This document shows positions 58,405 through 64,000 of a stretch of 64,000 bases of DNA, in pieces. The notes below the pieces were generated by a model that made no database searches, was not told the origin of the DNA, and worked only from the letters and a program-made list of their open reading frames with translations. Made by a program: the position numbers and the translations under genes. The stretch comes from Thermoactinomycetaceae bacterium (GTDB lineage Bacteria; Bacillota; Bacilli; Thermoactinomycetales; Thermoactinomycetaceae): the NCBI GenBank assembly GCA_025449975.1, contig JANWIG010000034.1:31452-95451 (forward strand), read 5' to 3'. Within the stretch, counting starts at the first letter, position 1. Each line of letters begins with the position of its first letter.

Positions 58405-58782
58405 CTACTTCTTACGCATAGCTACTACTTCCATTTCAATCAATACATCTTTCGGCAAACGAGCCACTTCTACACAAGAACGCGCGGGTTTATGATCTGC
58501 AAAATATTGACCGTAAATCTCGTTGATGGTAGCAAATTGCTCCATATCTTTAATAAATAAGGTTGTTTTGATCACATGACGAAGATCCGAACCCGCTGCC
58601 TCTAGGACGGCAGAAATATTTTTGAGCACTTGGTGCGTCTGTATTTCAATCTCCGTACCCACGATCTCTCCTTCAGGTGTAAGCGGAATCTGACCCGATG
58701 TATAAATCAAATCACCTACCTGAATCGCTTGAACATAAGGCCCGATCGCTTGTGGCGCTTGGGTGGTTTCAATTTTTTTCAT
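58405..58782 (-). CDS. ridA: RidA/YjgF-family reactive intermediate deaminase (YabJ)
   Basis: [12 protein letters not shown]...GQIPL...[19 protein letters not shown] signature. Overlaps the purR end as in the purR-yabJ operon. Confidence 0.92.
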   Translation of the reverse strand: MKKIETTQAPQAIGPYVQAIQVGDLIYTSGQIPLTPEGEIVGTEIEIQTHQVLKNISAVLEAAGSDLRHVIKTTLFIKDMEQFATINEIYGQYFADHKPARSCVEVARLPKDVLIEMEVVAMRKK

Positions 58783-59611
58783 ATTTTTTTCCTCCTAAAT
58801 CTAAAAAATTTCCTAGTTCCACGCGAATCTTTCGTTCTTTGATATCGACATCAGTCACTTTAACCAGGGATACATATGAATCCACTAACTTGACATTCGC
58901 TGGTGAGTCGACCATTACACCAACTCCGACAACTTTTGCTTTAAATTCACTTAAAAGCTCCATCATGCCTAGAATTGTTCCTCCCGCTTTCATAAAATCA
59001 TCAATAATCAGCACACGGGAACCCTCTGGCAAACTGCGTCTTGACAAAGAAAGTTGTTTCATTCGACGACTCGAACCTGAAACAGTATTTACGGTAACCA
59101 CAGAGCCTTCGGTGACTCGGTATTCATTCCGTACAATCACGACGGGAGCACGCAAATAATAAGCAACGGCATAAGCCAACGGAATTCCTTTGGTCTCTAC
59201 TGTCATGATGACATCAATCTTTTCCTCCGAAAATACCGTTGCCCATATATGTCCGATTTGCTCCAATAGATCGATATTGCCAAGTAAATCCGACATATAT
59301 AAAAAGCCACCAGGCAAAATACGCTCAGGATTGGAGAGTTGTACACACAAATCATCCAAAACCGCTTTTGCTTGATCTAAGCTAAGTTTGGGAATATATC
59401 GGACTCCTCCAGCGGCTCCTGTCACTGTTTCTAATAAACCATAGCCTTCTCTCGTCATAACCTCATCGATGATTGCCAAATCTTCACTGATCGATGACTT
59501 CGCTGAAGAATACTTTTGTGCAAAGTACGTTAGCGGGATGAGTTGGTGCGGTCGTGCCAACAATTGTTTTAGCATATCAATTAGACGAGCACTCCGCTTC
59601 CATTTGGCCAT
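58769..59611 (-). CDS. purR: Purine operon repressor PurR
   Basis: [42 protein letters not shown]-terminal wHTH plus a PRT-like domain ([13 protein letters not shown]). ATG at 59611 follows GGAGG. Confidence 0.93.
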   Translation of the reverse strand: MAKWKRSARLIDMLKQLLARPHQLIPLTYFAQKYSSAKSSISEDLAIIDEVMTREGYGLLETVTGAAGGVRYIPKLSLDQAKAVLDDLCVQLSNPERILPGGFLYMSDLLGNIDLLEQIGHIWATVFSEEKIDVIMTVETKGIPLAYAVAYYLRAPVVIVRNEYRVTEGSVVTVNTVSGSSRRMKQLSLSRRSLPEGSRVLIIDDFMKAGGTILGMMELLSEFKAKVVGVGVMVDSPANVKLVDSYVSLVKVTDVDIKERKIRVELGNFLDLGGKKYEKN

Positions 59612-59650
59612 GAAATACCTCCGCATATCCGTTTATCTGACGGAAATATA

Positions 59651-60529
59651 TCACTTCGTCAGTCCTTGATCAAGTATACCTAACATTCTGACCGCAAAAA
59701 CCTGCTGACAAAAACCTCGTAAGCTATTTACGATCCGTGGTACCCGCGACTCATTTCGCACCAAACCAAATACGGTAGGACCACTTCCAGACATCAGCAC
59801 GCCATCGGCTCCAAACTGAATCATTTTCTCCTTAATTTTCTTCACTTCTGGGTGCATCTTCATCGTAATCGGTTCAATGACATTGACGAGCAATTTGGTC
59901 ATTGCATCGTAATCGCCCTGCTTAATCGCTTCAACCATTTTTTCCGTAGAAGGACGTAGCTTGATTTCGTTTACACGAATTTGGCGAAATACATCTGCAG
60001 TTGAAACGCCATGAACCGGTTTGGCTAGTACAATCCAACAGGGAGGCGGAGGAGGTAATGGAGTTAAAATTTCTCCTCTTCCTCTGGCAATCGCTGTATT
60101 GCTATAGACACAAAAAGGGACATCTGAACCGATCTCTGCCCCGATTTTAGCAAGTTCCTTTAAGCTAAGTCCAAGCCCCCATAATTTATTTAAACCTCTT
60201 AAGGTAGCGGCAGCATCACTACTTCCTCCAGCCAACCCTCCTGCAACAGGAATCTGCTTTGAAATATAGATCGAAACACCTTTTTTGATTCCCAATTTTT
60301 CTTTTAGCATCTTCGCCGCTAAATAAGCTAGATTCCGTTCGTCTTGCGGTACAAGTCCAGAGCTACTTTCTAATAAAATGACATCATCAGGTAATGGATG
60401 TAAATCGATCCGATCTGCTAAATCGATCGTCGTCATCACCATCTCTAGCTCATGATAGCCATCATTGCGTTTGTATAATACATCTAATGTTAGGTTTATT
60501 TTCGCTGGTGCTTTCTCTGATATGTACAT
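59651..60529 (-). CDS. ispE: 4-diphosphocytidyl-2-C-methyl-D-erythritol kinase
   Basis: [11 protein letters not shown]...[20 protein letters not shown] kinase motifs. The ORF-track start at 60556 is over-extended. Confidence 0.93.
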   Translation of the reverse strand: MYISEKAPAKINLTLDVLYKRNDGYHELEMVMTTIDLADRIDLHPLPDDVILLESSSGLVPQDERNLAYLAAKMLKEKLGIKKGVSIYISKQIPVAGGLAGGSSDAAATLRGLNKLWGLGLSLKELAKIGAEIGSDVPFCVYSNTAIARGRGEILTPLPPPPPCWIVLAKPVHGVSTADVFRQIRVNEIKLRPSTEKMVEAIKQGDYDAMTKLLVNVIEPITMKMHPEVKKIKEKMIQFGADGVLMSGSGPTVFGLVRNESRVPRIVNSLRGFCQQVFAVRMLGILDQGLTK

Positions 60530-60766
60530 ATCTCCCCACCTTTTTCTAAACTTCACACAGTCTCATCCTTTTATCAAATAGAGGAAGCCTAATTTTTTGC
60601 CATAAGGAGACTTTATGTGCACATTTGTATCATTAGCTGTACTATTTTAGAAATGTAACAGTGCCAACATAACAAATAAGCTTTTTTATCGGCAAAGTTG
60701 TTCAAAATAAAAGAGACAATCGTTTTTATTTTATCATAAGTGCCGCTAGCTCCAATCAAAAAATAA

Positions 60767-60792
60767 CACCCTACATCAAAAGATGTAGGGTG
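60767..60792 (-). terminator. Rho-independent terminator after sspF
   Basis: CACCCTACATC, loop AAAA, GATGTAGGGTG, then a T-run on the minus strand. Confidence 0.85.
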
Positions 60793-60807
60793 TACCCTAT
60801 TATCTCA

Positions 60808-61002
60808 CTACCTATTTCCGCTTGAATTTGTTTGTTTAGCCAACTGTTCCTCGGCGATTTCAATTGCCCTGCGTACCATGTTTCCGGCGTCACGGGTTCG
60901 AATACCACCCCAGCCTTCTTTTTGCACGACATCATAAAATCCCAATTCTTTCGCTAGCTCAACCTTTAAGGCCTCCGACATAACACCGCGTCTACGCGCC
61001 AT
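60808..61002 (-). CDS. sspF: Alpha/beta-type small acid-soluble spore protein
   Basis: [22 protein letters not shown]...[20 protein letters not shown] closely parallels B. subtilis SspF. Same position between veg and ispE. Confidence 0.92.
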   Translation of the reverse strand: MARRRGVMSEALKVELAKELGFYDVVQKEGWGGIRTRDAGNMVRRAIEIAEEQLAKQTNSSGNR

Positions 61003-61116
61003 TATTAAGCCCTCCTCGATTCAAGCGGGATTGTCATAGGGCATTCTTATTATGTTCAACTTTTTATATTCTAATCATTTATCGGTTTATGATAGAATTA
61101 TATTGAACATAAAAAA

Positions 61117-61138
61117 ATAGAACACAAAGGTGTTCTAT
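61117..61138 (-). terminator. Rho-independent terminator overlapping the veg stop
   Basis: ATAGAACAC, 4 nt loop, GTGTTCTAT, then a T-run on the minus strand. Confidence 0.8.
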
Positions 61139-61422
61139 TTTTGCGTTTCTTTTACGTACCTGACAAGGATCGGTTCATTCTCATTATTGAGAACGGTTAA
61201 CTCTACAGACTCCGTCAGAATATCAGCGTAACTGTATGAAACGCGTTTAAATGCGTGCTGGTCTTCGTCTAATTTTACAATAAACACGGATGGGTATGTT
61301 TCCTCCAAAATCCCAGTACGCTCAATGGTCTTTCGTCGGCCGCTATTGGCTCTTAGGCGAATTTTTTGCCCAATGTAGCCATCCAACGTACATTTAATTT
61401 CCGATAGCGCATTTCTACCCAT
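61135..61422 (-). CDS. veg: Veg protein (biofilm formation stimulator)
   Basis: [47 protein letters not shown] is the Veg signature. Confidence 0.93.
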   Translation of the reverse strand: MGRNALSEIKCTLDGYIGQKIRLRANSGRRKTIERTGILEETYPSVFIVKLDEDQHAFKRVSYSYADILTESVELTVLNNENEPILVRYVKETQK

Positions 61423-61524
61423 GACTTACGACCACCTCACTTATAGAAGATTATACTACATGAGGTCGTCGTAAGTCAAATTTAAGTATTATAGCAAGGA
61501 GACAATCATTTTGTCAATCGATTT

Positions 61525-61998
61525 TTATTTCGTAAATCGGTCAGCAACCGCACTCGCCGCATAGGATTCCGGTTTGATTTTGGCGGTATATCCCACCGAT
61601 GTAACCCATCCAACCACTTCTTGAATAATCTTCCTCGTTTCACCTTTTTGTCCGACATCGAGATGAATTTCCATGGGAAAGTCGGAAAAGAATCGAAAAA
61701 ATCCTTTTTCCTTCAGTAGCTCTACACATGACAAACTATACTCTGTCTCACGGTAAATCCGATAACGCAAGTCACGTATAGCTCGATGAGGAATGCGGGT
61801 ATAGTAAAAAACTGCTCCATTCCCCAGACGATGAACAATAATGGCCGTGACAAAAAGCGTCTCATCCCCTCTCGTCTGCGAGTCCGTTCCAATCACAACC
61901 TTATAATCCGCGTCTGGATCTTCCCGCACATAAGACTGAATCTGTCCGATCATCTGCTCAATGCTACATCTTCCTTTTCGCGGATGGAAAAAGTCCAA
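61525..61998 (-). CDS. DUF458 / YkuK-family RNase H-like protein
   Basis: YKVVIGTDSQ...FVTAIIVHR...GAVFYY...HLDVG pattern. Likely TTG start at 61998 after AGGAGGGG; the ORF track extends to 62040. Confidence 0.65.
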   Translation of the reverse strand: MDFFHPRKGRCSIEQMIGQIQSYVREDPDADYKVVIGTDSQTRGDETLFVTAIIVHRLGNGAVFYYTRIPHRAIRDLRYRIYRETEYSLSCVELLKEKGFFRFFSDFPMEIHLDVGQKGETRKIIQEVVGWVTSVGYTAKIKPESYAASAVADRFTK

Positions 61999-62036
61999 CT
62001 TAACCCCTCCTATATTCATCCGCAGACAACAGATCC

Positions 62037-62906
62037 TCAATCGGTTGACTGATGGGAATAGATTACTTTGGCTAATGATGCAAATTCTTCCAATCCAAGC
62101 GTTTCTCCTCTTCTTTTTGGATCAATTCCTGCAGATGTCAGCCACCCAGCTATTTCGCTTTTGGTGACAGAAGAAAATAAGCCACTCTGCAATGCATTGA
62201 CCAGTACCTTTCTACGTTGCCCAAAAGAAGCTCGTACTATGTTGAAAAACAATTTTTCATCCGGAATCTGGACTGCCGGTTCTTGACGAATATCCAGCTT
62301 AACAACAGCTGAGTCTACTTGCGGACGAGGGATAAACACAGTGTTAGGGACACGGGTGATGATCGATGGCTTTGCATAATACTGAACAAGTACAGATAAT
62401 GAGCCATACTCTTTGGTACCTGGTCTAGCTATCAACCGTTCCGCTACTTCTTTTTGAATCATAATCACGATATTATGCAGTGGTAACTTTTGTTCTAATA
62501 AATGAATTAAAATCGGCGAAGTAACATAATAGGGAAGATTAGCGACAACATGTAAAGTGTCAACCTCAGGAAAACGAGTAGCAATCACCTGATGAAAATC
62601 GACTTGAAGCGCATCCCCATGAATCACTTCAACCTTTTCTCGATCGACAAACAACTCTCGCAAGATGGGAAGCAAACGTTGATCCAGTTCAATCGCAATT
62701 ACTTTTTTGGCAACTTGAGCCAACTGCTCGGTTAACGCCCCGATTCCGGGTCCAATTTCGATCACACCTGAGTCTTCCGACAAGTCTGCTGCCTGCACAA
62801 TCTCCATTAAGATATTGCCATCTGTAAGAAAGTTTTGTCCCAAACTCTTCTTCAGCGTAATCCCATGCCTTTTTAGAATCTCACGAGTTCGTCCGGGTAT
62901 CATCAT
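62037..62906 (-). CDS. rsmA: 16S rRNA (adenine1518/1519-N6) dimethyltransferase
   Basis: TREILKRHGITLKKSLGQNFL...IEIGPGIGALT motifs. Start is approximate (ATG 62906 or 62903). Confidence 0.93.
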   Translation of the reverse strand: MMIPGRTREILKRHGITLKKSLGQNFLTDGNILMEIVQAADLSEDSGVIEIGPGIGALTEQLAQVAKKVIAIELDQRLLPILRELFVDREKVEVIHGDALQVDFHQVIATRFPEVDTLHVVANLPYYVTSPILIHLLEQKLPLHNIVIMIQKEVAERLIARPGTKEYGSLSVLVQYYAKPSIITRVPNTVFIPRPQVDSAVVKLDIRQEPAVQIPDEKLFFNIVRASFGQRRKVLVNALQSGLFSSVTKSEIAGWLTSAGIDPKRRGETLGLEEFASLAKVIYSHQSTD

Positions 62907-63477
62907 TTGTCGCATAGCCAGCATCCTTTCTTACTCGGTTGATCACTTGAAACAATTCGTTTCTACTGACCCCAAGAATCCGTAATTGCTTAAACAACTT
63001 TTTGGCATTCCCATAGCTGATACATAAATGCCCTGCTACTTGCTCTCGAAACCAACGGGAATCCTTCGAACCTAAAAATCCTAACTCCAAGTACTCCTGC
63101 CAAGTGATCGGCGCCTCCCATTCTCCTTCTTCAGCGGGAGTCCTCACTTGTTCCAAAGCGGCAATAATCGCTTCTTTTGAAGCATGTTCGATCCCAATCT
63201 TCCCTTTTCCTTTTGCCAATTCTTGGGGAATAAATGCGTGTTTGACCTGAGGCACCTGCTCGGTAATCATGCGACGAATCCTTTCCCCTGCATAGTCCGG
63301 ATCGGTAAAAACAATCACCCCCCGCACTTCTTGGGCTCGTCTAATCTCCGTCAGTACCTGCTCACTTAGGGCTGATCCCCTTGTCTCGATCGTATCTGCC
63401 TCAACAGCTTTCTTTACCGCGATCGTATCATTTCTTCCTTCTACTACAATCACTTCTTTTATTCTCTTAATCGACAA
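62881..63477 (-). CDS. rnmV: Ribonuclease M5 (Toprim domain)
   Basis: IKEVIVVEGRNDT...VIVFTDPDYAGERIR Toprim motifs. TTG start after AAAGAGG. Confidence 0.9.
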   Translation of the reverse strand: MSIKRIKEVIVVEGRNDTIAVKKAVEADTIETRGSALSEQVLTEIRRAQEVRGVIVFTDPDYAGERIRRMITEQVPQVKHAFIPQELAKGKGKIGIEHASKEAIIAALEQVRTPAEEGEWEAPITWQEYLELGFLGSKDSRWFREQVAGHLCISYGNAKKLFKQLRILGVSRNELFQVINRVRKDAGYATNDDTRTNS

Positions 63478-63530
63478 CAGATAAACCTCTTTCTAACTAA
63501 CGATATATTGCTAACTATTAATATAATTTT

Positions 63531-64000
63531 TCATTTAATACCAAATAACCGTTTCCCATTTTCCATTGTTCGTTCAGCTAATTGTTCGTATGAAATCCCC
63601 CTTAGCTTTGCAATCTGTTTCGCAACCAGATGGACATACCCCGTTTCATTTCGTTTCCCTCGATAAGGATGCGGCGCCAAATAAGGACAATCGGTTTCGA
63701 TCAGCAAGCGATTGTCAGGAACATTTTTGGCGATTTCTTTCGGTAACTTCGCATTTTTAAAAGTAACCGGTCCCCCCAAACCGATATAAAAATTAAGTTC
63801 CAGACAAGCTTCCATAAAGGCAAGGTCACCACTAAAACAATGCATCACCCCGCCTACTTCCTTAGCATTCTCTTCCCGAAGAATATGTAATACATCTTCA
63901 TGAGCATCCCGATCATGGATCACAATGGGAAGCTGAACCTCTCTCGCCAATCGAATCTGCTGGCGAAAAACCTCTTTTTGCACCTCACGCGGTGCATTAT
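63531..64000 (-). CDS. tatD: TatD-family metal-dependent hydrolase (YabD), N-terminus beyond the window
   Basis: QKEVFRQQIRLAREVQLPIVIHDRDA...GVMHCFSG...LLIETDCPYLAP motifs. The reading frame stays open to the window edge. Confidence 0.9.
   Translation of the reverse strand, partial: NAPREVQKEVFRQQIRLAREVQLPIVIHDRDAHEDVLHILREENAKEVGGVMHCFSGDLAFMEACLELNFYIGLGGPVTFKNAKLPKEIAKNVPDNRLLIETDCPYLAPHPYRGKRNETGYVHLVAKQIAKLRGISYEQLAERTMENGKRLFGIK

Noticed and set aside
61003-61134. sigmaG promoter for sspF (CATAATA -10 box).
   Set aside because: The -10 box fits CATXHTA, but the best -35 at 17-18 nt is GATTA/TGATT, a poor match to GHATR. This is too uncertain to annotate.

Overview
AT-rich chromosomal block from an endospore-forming Firmicute (Bacillales-like). 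It has sporulation genes (spoIIE, spoVT, spoVG, yabP/yabQ, fin, an alpha/beta SASP) and Bacillus-type promoter and operator signals. Almost every gene is on the minus strand. Gene order mirrors the B. subtilis origin-proximal region: tatD(partial)-rnmV-rsmA-DUF458-veg-sspF-ispE-purR-ridA-spoVG-glmU-prs-pth-fin-mfd-(PrsA-like)-spoVT-yabM-yabN-yabO-yabP-yabQ-divIC-tRNA(fMet,Met)-DUF402-spoIIE-tilS-hpt-ftsH-coaX-hslO-cysK-pabA-folP-folB-folK-dusB-lysS, then ctsR-mcsA-mcsB-clpC-(lipoprotein)-radA-pssA-(+ORF)-carD-like-yacL-ispD(partial). Between lysS and ctsR (about 11.6-27.5 kb) lies a lineage-specific accessory segment with no mobility genes. Two modules there are the best candidates for something undescribed. 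(1) A four-gene operon: soluble pseudokinase, membrane pseudokinase with a predicted extracytoplasmic TPR domain, small signal-peptide pre-protein, M50 membrane metalloprotease. I read it as a possible secreted-peptide sensing module. (2) An accessory Hsp70 set: GrpE-like protein, lid-less Hsp70, and a membrane-anchored TPR protein whose J-like domain lacks the HPD motif. I found no rRNA, CRISPR array, transposase, integrase or phage genes. All family assignments come from by-eye motif recognition and synteny; no database search was run.
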